Source: Haliotis rufescens (lineage: Eukaryota). From it: a DNA stretch of 64,000 nt. The notes beneath the pieces are model-generated. The model worked only from the letters and a program-made list of their open reading frames with translations, was not told the DNA's origin and searched no databases. The stretch is taken from contig NW_025963813.1 in the NCBI RefSeq assembly GCF_023055435.1, positions 16,182,001-16,246,000 on the forward strand, given 5' to 3'. A program made the position numbers and the translations under genes. This document shows positions 1-13,044 of this stretch, piece by piece (within the stretch, counting starts at the first letter, position 1; each line of letters starts with the position of its first letter).

Positions 1-70
1 CGCTTTTGGTTGTTTTCGATTTTCTAAATTTTGAGGCATTGGAATATGTCCAACTTTTCATGCCTATTTC

Positions 71-200
71 GGGGTAACGGGAGGCTCAGTCGTCTAGGCC
101 GCCGGAATGCACTGTGCAGAGTTGTGTCCCTTAGGCACGCCAGAATACTATGATCGTGGGTTTGAATCCCATATTCACCAAAGTGGTAAACGTCTGAGAC
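71..200 (+). mobile_element. Degenerate SINE family B fragment (also ~8133-8262, ~15718-15847)
   Basis: Similar to the head and body of the full copy at 58417-58695. Confidence 0.7.
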
Positions 201-247
201 CCTGGTTTCATAAGGCACACATGGAAAAGGTGATTTTCAAGGTGAAA

Positions 248-738
248 TGGCCACCATTCGAGTTCAAAACTGTCTGGCACCGTCGTCTCACAGAAGCAAC
301 CATGTCCTGAATTGTGGCCTGGGGAATGTTCACCCACTCTGTCTGCAGTGCCTGTGCCAACAGTCGGAGGTTATGCGGTTGTTGCTGACCCACCGCATCA
401 CATAAATGTTCCATTGGGATTAACACTGGAGACCTGGAGGGCCATGGCAGGACTTGGATGTTGTGATTCCTGTAAAACGTCAATCTTGTCGTGTGAGGTC
501 GTGCGTTGTCTTGGAAAATGACGTTCGCTTGTTGCATTGCGGAAAGGACGTGTTGCCGGAGAATCTTATCCGTGTAACGTTGTGTCATTAAATTCCCAAG
601 AACTCGTACCAAGTCAGTTCTACCAGTGCAGGAGATGTCTGCCTACATTATCACACTACCACCACCAAATCTGTCCCCTTCCTGGATACTTTTATGTGCA
701 TAACGTTCCCCGCGACGCCTGTAAACACGACGTCTGTA
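248..738 (-). mobile_element. Tc1/mariner transposase relic (shorter in copies 2 and 3: ~8334-8600, ~15919-16185)
   Basis: Minus-strand peptides RRVYRRRGERYA, DRFGGGSV, FQDNARPHT, LPWPSRSP, RRRCQTVLNSNGGH typical of Tc1-type DDE transposases; frameshifted. Confidence 0.85.
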
Positions 739-1567
739 GCGACCAGAAGTGGGATACGACCAGAACTGGGATAAACACCGTAGAGAATTATATCTGTCAC
801 ATGCTAAGTATGTGTTTAATTGACAAACATTTAATAAGAGTAAAATCATCTGCACTTCTTGTGTTTTTTATTTTTACTCCGTTCTGCAAAGAGCGCCAAT
901 GGCAGTGCTACTGACTCCATATCCGTCATTTGTAGCTAAATATAGCAGCGCATAAAAGTGATAATGCGGTACTAAAGGGGAATACAATTTCTTCTTTTTA
1001 TACAGATCGCTAATAAAAAAATGCAATTCCTATAAAAATGGTCGTGTTGCTTATTATCTGTAATTACTACCCATTGCCATGTTTAATTTCTAACCATGAT
1101 ATCACTCCCAAATGTATTATTTGAATGTCTATCATATCATAACCTTCGTGAGGTGGTGACATGTTTAATAATAGAGTAAAGTTTCTGTTAAATAGCTATC
1201 TTGGCCACTTCTGAACACAGTGTTTTCCTATGAAATAGCAAAAGCCAAATGAAAATAAAATTATTCTCTAATTTATATATTTTAAAGATGTTATGCCACT
1301 CATTGAGGGGATATAAGTGTAATAATACAAGTTCCTAGGATGTTTGTGTTATGCTATTTTTCAAGATTATTTTAATTATTCTTCTCATACACAGAAACAC
1401 AGGAGGCACATATCAAGGAGTATACAATCATGACATTGTACAATAGGCGATGATGGAGGATATGTACAGTAATATAATTATACTATTATTTTGAATATAA
1501 AGTGTCATTAAACATCAAACAGAGAATATGATACACAACAGAGTTAAAAGTGTATGCGCAATAAAAT

Positions 1568-1633
1568 GTGACGGGAATCGAACCATGGACCTTATGCTCG
1601 GAGGTGGGACACCTTGTCCACGTGACCAAAGAC
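1568..1633 (-). pseudogene. tRNA-like/SINE-head relic (repeated at ~9188-9253 and ~16777-16842)
   Basis: Minus strand has A-box-like TGGTCACGTGG and B-box GGTTCGATTCC at tRNA spacing; cloverleaf poor. Confidence 0.45.
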
Positions 1634-2153
1634 ATTAAGACTGGAACTACTGACATGAGAGATATCGGAAAATCGTCTATTGCAATGACCGCGGATAATA
1701 TTTTATTCCACTTGTTCACATGCGTTATGGGGTACATGGAAATTTAACAAAACGTCTTGATCAGTACTATTCAATTTTTTTACAGGTAAAATAAGATAAA
1801 TATTATTTGTTATAGTTGTAACTCTTCTGTCAGGACACTTCAACATGCATAGTTTTTTTGCTGTCCACAGGCCGTCATAACATTACATTCTCGAAGAAAT
1901 GTGAACGGGAGGTCAGTCACTGTGTCACGTGACGCTCATTGGACGTTTTCTGTGCCCTGCAGTGAAGAGAGACTCATCTCGGCGTTATCACAGCCGTACA
2001 AACAAATGATGGATGGACACACATACCTGTGGTCGATAAATTGCTATTGTTCCGTATTATTATTTGAAAGTTATGGCTATGTTTGCTGTCATTCCATAAC
2101 CAGAAGAATGAAAACAAAACATTTTATTTGTATGTGGACTGGGACAGGGCAGC

Positions 2154-2161
2154 TATATAAG
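2154..2161 (+). promoter_or_regulatory. TATA box of EGF gene copy 1 (also 9774-9781, 17363-17370)
   Basis: TATATAAG 66 nt upstream of the ATG in all three copies. Confidence 0.65.
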
Positions 2162-2219
2162 CCCCTGACTTTCTACCATAGCTGCACATTCACTCGACTG
2201 ACACTCGCTCTTGCACACC

Positions 2220-5200
2220 ATGTTCGCTTCACTACCCGCCCTTGCCATTGTCTTCGCAGTCTACCTGCCGTCGACAGAAGCTCAGAGTAAGTCTTGCACC
2301 TCATAGCATTCATATGGGTGTTTGTTTACATGGGTATATGAACATGATTTTGTTCCCAACTCAATCCTTAATAATTCTGTTATAATCTGTGAGTGAGTGA
2401 GTGATTTGGGTTTTACGCCGTTTTTAACATTATTCCAGCTGTGCCACGGCGTGTCAGCTTAATGTGGTAGGAAAGCCCGAAGTGATGCACGTCTTAGACG
2501 TTTACCACTTCGGTGAAATCCACGAGCACGGGTATGGTGCTGACAAACCTAGAAATATAATGGGGGCGAACCGGGATTCGAACCCACAATCATAGGTTTC
2601 TGGCGTGCCCAAGGGACGCATCTCTGCACAGCGAATTGCGGTACCTTAGGCGACAGGGCCACCCGTGCCCCCTATGATCTTTGAGGAGCCTAGTGCTGAC
2701 CCTGTGAAGATCCGGTGTAGAATAGGTCTTCTGCAACACATACTTGCCGTAAAATGCGACTTACGGGATCAGGTGGTCAGGCTCGCTGACTTGGTTGATG
2801 CATGTCATCGTATCCCAATTGCGTGGATCGATGCTCGTGATGTCAAACACTGGATTGTCTGGTCCAGACTCGATTATTTACAGACGATCGTCACATAGAT
2901 GGAATATTGCAGAGTGTGGCGTTAACAACAAACAAACAAAGTTACATATGTTTGAGGGCAAAAAACATTGCATATTTTCTTGTCTATTTTGATGTTAATT
3001 TTAAAAACTGGTAGCCTCACTTGATGGAATGATCGTACGACAGACGTCTTTGTGAAAGCTTTGTCGTCAAGAACCAAAGATGCAAACTGAGTTGAGATTG
3101 CCCCTCCTGTCGTTTTCAGCCCGGTGCGACACTGCTGGCTGCCTGAATGGCGTCTGCATCCTGCCTCCAGCTGTTGCTGTCCCCACGTGCAGCTGCATCC
3201 CCGGCTTCCAGTTGACCGCTGCCGACCCAAACGTCTGCTTCGGTAAGTCACAGACTTCACCTTCCATTTAAAAAACTGACCAACAAACCCAAACGTCTGC
3301 TTCGGTAAGTCACAGACTTCACCTTCCATTTAACAACTGACCAATAACCCAAACGTCTGCTTCAGTTAGTCACAGACTTCACCTTTCCATTTAACAACTG
3401 ACCAACAAACCCAAAACGTCTGCTTCAGTTAGTCACAGACATCACCTTCCATTTAACAACTGACCAATAACCCAAACGTCTGCTTCAGTTAGTCACAGAC
3501 TTCACCTTCCATTTAACAACTGACCAACAAACCCAAACGTCTGCTTCAGTTAGTCACAGACTTCACCTTTCCATTTAACAACTGACCAACAAACCCAAAC
3601 GTCTGCTTCGGTAAGTCACAGACATCACCTTCCATTTAACAACTGACCAACAAACCCAAACGTCTGCTTCAGTTAGTCACAGACTTCACCTTTCCATTTA
3701 ACAACTGACCAACAAACCCAAAACGTCTGCTTCAGTAAGTCACAGACTCCACCTTTCCATTAAACAACTGACCAAAATATAATACAAAGGAATTACAAGT
3801 GGTTTTCAGTTATGAATTTTGTATTGTCAGAAAGTTCCACACAGTGCTTCACACAACCCGTGGTACGTATATGTTTACATGTTGTATTTGCCGACTGGAC
3901 TTATGATCGGGTGGGTACAAGCTGGGACCTGGTTGTTTGTGTGTCATCTACAATAACGGCCTGGATCGTTGACTTAAACAAGAAAAAGTCGAGATATGGT
4001 GTCGAACAACATTACTTAATTCTGTCAACTCAGAATGAATATCACGATGCAGAATATGGATATAATATCGAGGGAAATCTGAAGTCTTCAAACATTTCTG
4101 GATAACAGTTTATATTGTTCCTGATGGCATTTGATCCTTCATGCAAGCACGAGACGTCTTGAAGCAATACAGAAGTATTGATCCTTGGATCTACCAACAT
4201 CGAAGCGCCAATCAAATATTGAAAGAAAGCTGTAGACAAAACATGATTATTTTTGTACTGTTGTATCTGTGGTTCAAGTAGAACTTGCATATTTTGTTGT
4301 TGCAGATATTGACGAGTGTTACGGCAACACGTACATCTGTGGGGTGAGTTTTGACCCCTACCTCCGCACCTCTGTCCCCAGCGGGAGGTGTGTCAACACC
4401 CCGGCCGGCTCCTATTACTGTATGTGCAACCCCAACGTGGCCCTGTCATCCTTCGACAACAAGACCTGTATATGTAAGTGTCATACGTCCAACACTAGAC
4501 TGTCTCTCAGTCCCTGGACCATATTATGCTTCCTTCCACCCAGCCCTTACTAACATCTAGTCTCTGAAATGAACATATCGTACAGAAAAAAAACAGTTGT
4601 TCAATTATCTTAATAAAAATATAATAAAAGGGAGCCCAGTGACTCTCTTCATTTTCAGATAATGCAGTTATCTAGACTTGCCAAACATTACAGACCTGCA
4701 TGGGCTGTATTTGATATATATTTGTATCAAGGTCTGTAAGTAAGACAGACTGTCTCAGTCCCTGAACCATATGATGTTTCCTTCCGCTCAGCCCCTATCG
4801 GAGATAGATATTTGGCTCCAAATGAGGCAAGTCTGGATTTTCTAAAGGTTCTGAAACTCCCGTCTCAATGGGGCTCCTTTTCATTTTAAATGGAGTTGTT
4901 TGTTTCCATCAAATTTATATATTTTCAGTGAGTGAGTAAGTGAGTAAGGTTTTACGCCGCTTTTAGCAATATTCCAGCAATATCACGGCGGGGGACACCA
5001 GAAATGGGCTTCACACATTGTACCCATGTCGGGAATCGAACCCGGGTCTTCGGCGTGACGAGCGAACGCTTTAACCACTAGGCTACCCGACCGCCCCTAT
5101 ATATTTTCAGAGTCTAGGCGTTCGTCTCGTTCAACACTTGCATCGCTTTTCGTTGATGTCACTGAAAACAACATTGATCACTACATATTTGGGGTTGGGT

Positions 5201-5508
5201 CGGGGCGAATGTCCATCCATTAAACACCAGATTCCAGGTGTCAGTTGGCGTGTGTGACAAACACAATGTCAAATACTGCCCGGAATACCAACAAACCAAA
5301 ACTCTATACCAAAAGGTCGACACAATATAAGCTTATAGCATAGGCACAACATGGTTTTTGATTTGCCCATTTGACCTTTTTTACAGCCATTCCCATTCAA
5401 CAGCAGCAGCAGCAACAGCAACAGCAGCAGCAGCAGCAACAACAGTCCTTCTACCAAAGCCTTCTCAATCTGTACCTTTTCGACCAGTTTGAACTATTTG
5501 ATTTTTAA
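2220..5508 (+). CDS. Secreted EGF + Ca-binding EGF + polyQ protein, copy 1 (159 aa); exons 2220-2286, 3120-3242, 4306-4473, 5387-5508
   Basis: Manual splicing with GT-AG, all phase-1 introns: MFASLPALAIVFAVYLPSTEAQ|TRCDTAGCLNGVCILPPAVAVPTCSCIPGFQLTAADPNVCF|DIDECYGNTYICGVSFDPYLRTSVPSGRCVNTPAGSYYCMCNPNVALSSFDNKTCI|SIPI(Q16)SFYQSLLNLYLFDQFELFDF*. Signal peptide, 6-Cys EGF, cbEGF consensus DIDEC...CxN...GSYxCxC, upstream TATA, downstream AATAAA (5586-5591). Confidence 0.88.
2389..2672 (-). mobile_element. tRNA-derived SINE family B in EGF intron 1 (5'-clipped copies ~10015-10271, ~17604-17860)
   Basis: Reverse complement of the element at 58417-58695; (ACTC)n tail, B box GTTCGAATCC. Confidence 0.85.
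2698..2940 (+). mobile_element. SINE-like family C (also ~5838-6075, 10297-10539, 13374-13612, 17886-18128, 20960-21200, 22303-22405)
   Basis: Dispersed ~240 bp repeat gaccc..gaagatccgg...ggaatattgc.gagtg.ggcgttaa ending in (CAAA)n; 3' end resembles the other two SINE families. Confidence 0.8.
3226..3775 (+). repeat. ~61-bp minisatellite (~9 units) spanning the exon 2/intron 2 junction (also 10824-11371, 18405-18952)
   Basis: Unit cccaaacgtctgcttc(g/a)gt(a/t)agtcacagacttcaccttccatttaacaactgaccaacaaa; the first unit contains the real donor. Confidence 0.95.
4929..5097 (-). mobile_element. Full-length tRNA-derived SINE family A with 13-bp TSD (also 12496-12660, 20083-20247)
   Basis: A box TAGCCTAGTGG, B box GGTTCGATTCC, (ACTC)n tail; TSD tatatattttcag at 4916-4928 and 5098-5110. 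Confidence 0.93.
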
Positions 5509-5754
5509 CAACAAAATATAAATTCATTCTCAAATGTATATATGTCAATATTTTCATGTAAACTGATATATTCATCTGTCTTTTGAATAAAATGTATGAT
5601 CAACTAAAAAGATATTGTGATTTGTTTTCATATTGTCTAATCATTGCTTTTGATTGTAACAACAAAGTTGTCCTATGTTGATAATTTATTCTGAATTCGA
5701 ATCTCATCAAAGCTAAAACGCACAGCCTAAATTCTCTTCAAGGCGTTTCAAGTC

Positions 5755-7345
5755 GAACTAAAGGCGTGTCATGCATGTCTAAAGCCGTGTCATGTCTAAC
5801 TAAAGGCGTGCCATGTCTAACTTAAGGCGTGTCGTTTCTTCAGGAACCCATGCTTGCCCCCAAAAAGCGACTGTGCTTGTCGTAAGAAGCGACTAACGGG
5901 ATCGGATGGTCAGGCTCGCTGACATGGTTGATGCCTGTCATCGTATCCCAATTGCGTGGATCCTTGCTCCTGATGTCAAACACTGGATTGTCTGGTCCAG
6001 ACTCGATTATTTACAGACCGCCGTCATAAAGCTGGACTATTGCTGAGTGCGGCATTAATCAACAAACAGACAAACACACATTTCCAAGGAAAGTCGTTTC
6101 ATGTCTAACTCAAGGCGTGTCATGTGCAACAAGAGGCGTGTCATGTGTAACAAAATGCGTGTCATGTCAAACAAAATGCGTGTCTTGTCTAACTAAAGGC
6201 GTGTCATGACTGAAGGCGTGTCTTGCCTGAGTAAATGTTGAACGAAAGGCATGTTATGTTTAACTAAATGCGTGACTGTCATGTCTAACGTAACACGTGT
6301 CATGTCTAACTAAAGGCGTGTCATGTCTAACTAAAGACGTGTCATATCTAACTAACTTCATGTGTCATGTTTGACTAAACACGTGTTATGTCCAACGGAA
6401 GGCGTGTCATGTCTAACTGAACACGAGTCATGTATAACAAAAGGCGTGTCAGGTCTAGCTAAAGGCGTGTCATGTGAAACCAAAGGCATGCCATATTTAA
6501 CTAAAGATGTGTCATGTCTAACTCAAGGCGTGTCATGTCTAACTAAAGACGTGTCATATCTAACTAACTTCGTGTCTCGTGTTTGACTAAAGGCATGAGT
6601 CATGTTTAACTAAAGCGTGTGTCATGTTTGACTTAAGGCATTTCGTGTAACTAAAGACGTGTCACGTTTAAATAAATGCGTGTCATGTCTAACCAAAGGC
6701 GTATCATGTCTAACTTAATGCGTGTCACGTTTAACTAAATGTGTGTCATGTCTAATTGAAGGCGTACCACGTTTAACTACAGGCGTGTCATGTCTAACTA
6801 AATGCGTGTCATGTCTGACTCAAAACGTGTCATGTCTTACTAAATGCGTGTCATGTTTGACTGAAGGCGTGTGTCATTTCTAACTAATGGCGTGTCATGT
6901 GTAACTAAAGGCGTGTCACGTTAAATACATGCGTATCATGTCTAACTAAAGACGTGTCATGTCTAACTAAATGCGTGTTATGTCTATCACTCAAGGCGTA
7001 TCATGTCTAACTAAAGGCGTGTCATGTGTAACTAAAGGCGTTTCACGTTAAATACATGCGTATCATGTCTAACTAAAGACGTGTCATGTCTATCACCCAA
7101 GGCGTATCATGTCTAACTCAAGGCGTATCATGTCTAACTAACGGCGTGTCATGTTTGACTGAAGGCGTGTGTCATGTTTAACTAAAGCGTGTGTCATTTT
7201 TAACTTAAGGTGTGTCATGTTAAATACATGCGTGTCATGTCTAACTAAAGACGTGTCATGTCTAACTAAATGCATGTCATGTCTAATTAAAGGCGTGTCA
7301 CGTCTAACTGATGACATGTCATGTGTAACTAAAGGCGTGTCATGT
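5755..7345 (+). repeat. ~21-bp satellite aaaggcgtgtcatgtctaact (also ~13290-14930, ~20875-22300)
   Basis: Degenerate tandem array downstream of each EGF gene, interrupted by a family C SINE. Confidence 0.95.
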
Positions 7346-7617
7346 CAGTTCTTCAGTTACTTATAAAGACGTAGAATAATATAATGAGATTTACGATGCT
7401 ATTCAGTTAGCTATAAGGACGTAGAATTATGTGAGACGTAAGATGATATTCGGTTGTCTATCAGTAGTAACGATTTACAGGTTACACTCAACTTGTCTAC
7501 AGATGAAGGAGGAAGAGAGAGGAAAGGTGGAAAGCTTGGTGAAGAGTGTGATGAAGAAGGACCGGGGAAAGCAGTCGTAAAATCAGTGATCGTCCGCCAC
7601 AGTCCCAGCTTCTGAGA

Positions 7618-7770
7618 TGAGGTGAATATTGTTTTACGTCGCTTTTAGCAATATTCCAGTAATATCACAGCGGGGGACACCAGAAATGACCATCACACAT
7701 TGTACCCATGCGAGGAATCGAACCCCCGTGACGAGCGAACGCTTTAACCACAAGACCACCCAAACGGCCA
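7618..7770 (-). mobile_element. Degenerate SINE family A (also ~15203-15355)
   Basis: Similar to 4929-5097 with substitutions and deletions. Confidence 0.8.
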
Positions 7771-9839
7771 GCGTGGTGAAGAGAGTTAACGTGTAACTGA
7801 AGGCGATGAAGAAGGACTGGAGGAAGCAGTCGTAAAATCAGTAAGCATCAGCCACAGTCCCATCTCCTGAAGGCGGGTTGAGGACAATCAGGGATACCCG
7901 AGACAAAAAATAAATCCTTAAAAAAACATTTTCACAGCCTCAGCTAGTCCACTAACCCGCGACTTTTTCTGTGATCTCCTACTTTTCCTACATCGTATGT
8001 ACATATACCTTGCAACAGGCCCCAACTTACTCCCTACTTTTCTCTCATGTCTTGTGTTCTGACGCTTTTGGTTGTTTTCGATTTTCTAAATTTTGAGGCA
8101 TTGGAATATGTCCAACTTTTCATGCCTATTTAGGGGTAACGGGAGGCTCAGTCGTCTAGGCCGCCGGAATGCACTGTGCAGAGTTGTGTCCCTTAGGCAC
8201 GCCAGAATACTATGATCGTGGGTTTGAATCCCATATTCACCAAAGTGGTAAACGTCTGAGACCCTGGTTTCATAAGGCACACATGGAAAAGGTGATTTTC
8301 AAGGTGAAGGTTCTCTGTTCTCAATATCTTGTATGGCCACCATTCGAGTTCAAAACTGTCTGGCACCGTCGTCTCACAGAAGCAACCATGTCCTGAATTG
8401 TGGCCTGGGGAATGTTCACCCACTCTGTCTGCAGTGCCTGTGCCAACAGTCGGAGGTTATGCGGTTGTTGCTGACCCACCGCATCACATAAATGTTCCAT
8501 TGGGATTAAAACTGGAGACCTGGAGGGCTATGGCAGGACTTGGATGTTGTGATTCCTGTAAAAGTCAATCTTGTCGTGTGAGGTCGTGCGTTGTCTTGGA
8601 AATTTCTTCTTTTTATACAGATCGCTAATAAACAAATGCAATTCCTATAAAAATGGTCGTGTTGCTTATTATCTGTAATTACTACCCATTGCCATGTTTA
8701 ATTTCTAACCATGATATCACTCCCAAATGTATTATTTGAATGTCTATCATATCATAACCTTCGTGAGGTGGTGACATGTTTAATAATAGAGTAAAGTTTC
8801 TGTTAAATAGCTATCTTGGCCACTTCTGAACACAGTGTTTTCCTATGAAATAGCAAAAGCCAAATGAAAATAAAATTATTCTCTAATTTATATATTTTAA
8901 AGATGTTATGCCACTCATTGAGGGGATATAAGTGTAATAATACAAGTTCCTAGGATGTTTGTGTTATGCTATTTTTCAAGATTATTTTAATTATTCTTCT
9001 CATACACAGAAACACAGGAGGCACATATCTAGGAGTATACAATCATGACATTGTACAATAGGCGATGATGGAGGATATGTACAGTAATATAATTATACTA
9101 TTATTTTGAATATTACCGAGTGTGTCATTAAACATCAAACAGAGAATATGATACACAACAGAGTTAAAAGTGTATGCGCAATAAAATGTGACGGGAATCG
9201 AACCATGGACCTTATGCTCGGAGGTGGGACACCTTGTCCACGTGACCAAAGACATTAAGACTGGAACTACTGACATGAGAGATATCGGAAAATCGTCTAT
9301 TGCAATGACCGCGGATAATATTTTATTCCACTTGTTCACATGCGTTATGGGGTACATGGAAATTTAACAAAACGTCTTGATCAGTACTATTCAATTTTTT
9401 TACAGGTAAAATAAGATAAATATTATTTGTTATAGTTGTAACTCTTCTGTCAGGACACTTCAACATGCATAGTTTTTTTGCTGTCCACAGGCCGTCATAA
9501 CATTACATTCTCGAAGAAATGTGAACGGGAGGTCAGTCACTGTGTCACGTGACGCTCATTGGACGTTTTCTGTGCCCTGCAGTGAAGAGAGACTCATCTC
9601 GGCGTTATCACAGCCGTACAAACAAATGATGGATGGACACACATACCTGTGGTCGATATATTGCTATTGTTCCGTATTATTATTTGAAAGTTATGGCTAT
9701 GTTTGCTGTCATTCCATAACCAGAAGAATGAAAACAAAACATTTTATTTGTATGTGGACTGGGACAGGGCAGCTATATAAGCCCCTGACTTTCTACCATA
9801 GCTGCACATTCACTCGACTGACACTCGCTCTTGCACACC

Positions 9840-12800
9840 ATGTTCGCTTCACTACCCGCCCTTGCCATTGTCTTCGCAGTCTACTTGCCGTCGACAGAAG
9901 CTCAGAGTAAGTCAACGTCTTGCACCTCATAGCATTCATATGGGTGTTTGTTTACATGGGTATATGAACATGATTTTGTTCCCAACTCAATCCTTAATAA
10001 TTCTGTTATAATCTGTGAGTGAGTGAGTGATTTGGGTTTTACGCCGTTTTTAACATTATTCCAGCTGTGCCACGGCGTGTCAGCTTAATGTGGTAGGAAA
10101 GCCCGAAGTGATGCACGTCTTAGACGTTTACCACTTCGGTGAAATCCACGAGCACGGGTATGGTGCTGACAAACCTAGAAATATAATGGGGGCGAACCGG
10201 GATTCGAACCCACAATCATAGGTTTCTGGCGTGCCCAAGGGACGCATCTCTGCACAGCGAATTGCGGTACCTATGCTCTTTGAGGAGTCTAGTGCTGACC
10301 CTGTGAAGATCCGGTGTAGAATAGGTCTTCTGCAACACATACTTGCCGTAAAATGCGACTTACGGGATCAGGTGGTCAGGCTCGCTGACTTGGTTGATGC
10401 ATGTCATCGTATCCCAATTGCGTGGATCGATGCTCGTGATGTCAATCACTGGATTGTCTGGTCCAGACTCGATTATTTACAGACGATCGTCACATAGATG
10501 GAATATTGCAGAGTGTGGCGTTAACAACAAACAAACAAAGTTACATATGTTTGAGGGCAAAAAACATTGCATATTTTCTTGTCTATTTTGATGTTAATTT
10601 AAAAACTGGTAGCCTCACTTGATGGAATGATCGTAAGACAGACGTCTTTGTGAAAGCTTTGTCGTCAAGAACCAAAGATGCAAACTGAGTTGAGATTGCC
10701 CCTCCTGTCGTTTTCAGCCCTGTGCGACACTGCTGGCTGCCTGAATGGCGTCTGCATCCTGCCTCCAGCTGTTGCTGCCCCCACGTGCAGCTGCATCCCC
10801 GGCTTCCAGTTGACCGCTGCCGACCCAAACGTCTGCTTCGGTAAGTCACAGACTTCACCTTCCATTTAACAACTGACCAATAACCCAAACGTCTGCTTCA
10901 GTTAGTCACAGACTTCACATTCCATTTAACAACTGACCAACAAACCCAAACGTCTGCTTCAGTTAGTCACAGACTTCACCTTTCCATTTAACAACTGACC
11001 AATAACCCAAACGTCTGCTTCAGTTAGTCACAGACTTCACATTCCATTTAACAACTGACCAACAAACCCAAACGTCTGCTTCAGTTAGTCACAGACTTCA
11101 CCTTTCCATTTAACAACTGACCAACAAACCCAAACGTCTGCTTCGGTAAGTCACAGACTTCACCTTCCATTTAACAACTGACCAACAAACCCAAACGTCT
11201 GCTTCGGTAAGTCACAGACTTCACCTTCCATTTAACAACTGACCAACAAACCCAAACGTCTGCTTCAGTAAGTCACAGACATCACCTTCCATTTAACAAC
11301 TGACCAACAAACCAAAACGTCTGCTTCAGTAAGTCACAGACTTCACCTTCCATTTAACAACTGACCAACAAATAATACAAAGGCATTACAATTGGTTTTC
11401 AGTTATGAATTTTTTATTGTTAGAAAGTTCCACACAGTGCTTCACACAACCCGTGGTACGTATATGTTTACATATTGTATTTGCCGACTGGACTTAGGAT
11501 CGGGTGGGTACAAGCTGGGACCTGGTTGATTGTGTGTCATCTACAATACCAGCCTGGATCGTTGACAAGAAAAAGTCCAGATACAGCTGACTATGGTGTC
11601 AAACAACAGTACTCAATTCTGTCAACTCGGAATGAATATCACAATGGAGAATATGGATATATAATATCGAGGGAAATCTGAAGTCTTCAAACATTTCTGG
11701 ATAACAGTTTATATTGTTCCTGATGGCATTTGATTAATATATCTTGATCCTTCGTGCAAGAATCTACCAACATCGAAGCGCCAATCAAATGTAGGAAGAA
11801 TACTGTTGACAAAAAAATGATCATTTTTGTACTGTTGTATCTTTGTTTCAAGTAGAACTTGCATATTCTGTTGTTGCAGATATTGACGAGTGTTACGGCA
11901 ACACGTACATCTGTGGGGTGAGTTTTGACCCCTACCTCCGCATCTCTGTCCCCAGCGGGAGGTGTGTCAACACCCCGGGCTCCTATTACTGTATGTGCAA
12001 CCCCAACGTGGCCCTGTCATCCTTCGACAACAAGACCTGTATATGTAAGTGTCATACGTCCAACACTAGATTGTCTCTCAGTCCCTGGACCATATTATGC
12101 TTCCTTCCACCCAGCCCTTACTAACATCTAGTCTCTGAAATGAACATATCGTACAGAAAAAAAACAGTTGTTCAATTATCTTAATAAAAATATAATAAAA
12201 GGGAGCCCAGTGACTCTCTTCATTTTCAGATACTGCAGAAATCTAGACTTGCCAAACATTATAGACTTGCATGGGCTGTATTTGATATATATCTGTATCA
12301 CGGTCTGTAAGACAGATTATCTCAGTCCCTGAACCATATGATGTTTCCTTCCGCTCAGCCCTTATCGGAGCTAGATATTTGGCTCCAAATGAGGCAAGTC
12401 TGTGTTTTCTAAAGGTTCTGAAACTCCCGTCTCAATGGGGCTCCTTTTCATTTTAAATGGAGTTGTTTGTTTCCATCAAATTTATATATTTTCAGTGAGT
12501 GAGTGAGTAAGGTTTTACGCCGCTTTTAGCAATATTCCAGCAATATCACGGCGGGGGACACCAGAAATGGGCTTCACACATTGTACCCATGTCGGGAATC
12601 GAACCCGGGTCTTCGGCGTGACAAGCGAACGCTTTAACCACTTGGCTACCCGACCGCCCCTATATATTTTCAGAGTCTAGGCGTTCATCGCTTTTCGTTG
12701 ATGTCATTGAAAACAACATTGATAACTACATATTTGGGGTTGGGTCGGGGCGAATGTCCATCCATTAAACACCAGATTCCAGGTGTCAGTTGGCGTGTGT

Positions 12801-13044
12801 GACAAACACAATGTCAAATACTGCCCGGAATACCAACAAACCAAAACTCTATACCAAAAGGTCGACACAATATAAGCTTATAGCATTGGCACAACATGGT
12901 TTTTGATTTGCCCATTTGACCTTTTTTACAGCCATTCCCATTCAACAGCAGCAGCAGCAACAACAGCAGCAGCAGCAACAGTCCTTCTATCAAAGCCTTT
13001 TCAATCTGTACCTTTTCGACCAGTTTGAACTATTTGATTTTTAA
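9840..13044 (+). CDS. Secreted EGF/cbEGF/polyQ protein, copy 2 (155 aa); exons 9840-9906, 10718-10840, 11880-12044, 12932-13044
   Basis: Same structure and intact splice sites; versus copy 1: R24L, V>A, T>I, loss of one Ala (NTPAGS>NTPGS), Q13, L>F in tail; AATAAA 13122-13127. Confidence 0.88.

Noticed and set aside
1901-2290. 129-aa ORF repeated three times
   Set aside because: GTG start, spans the promoter and TATA box, out of frame with the real signal-peptide exon; recurrence only reflects the segmental duplication.
3226-3775. CRISPR-like array (also 42162-43685 and 56885-57500)
   Set aside because: Units repeat end to end without unique spacers; no cas genes; eukaryotic context.
4929-5097. 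Functional tRNA genes
   Set aside because: tRNA-like heads are joined to SINE bodies with (ACTC)n tails and TSDs.
5269-5457. Poly-Leu signal/TM ORF on the minus strand
   Set aside because: Antisense of the CAG/CAA polyQ tract in exon 4 of the EGF gene.
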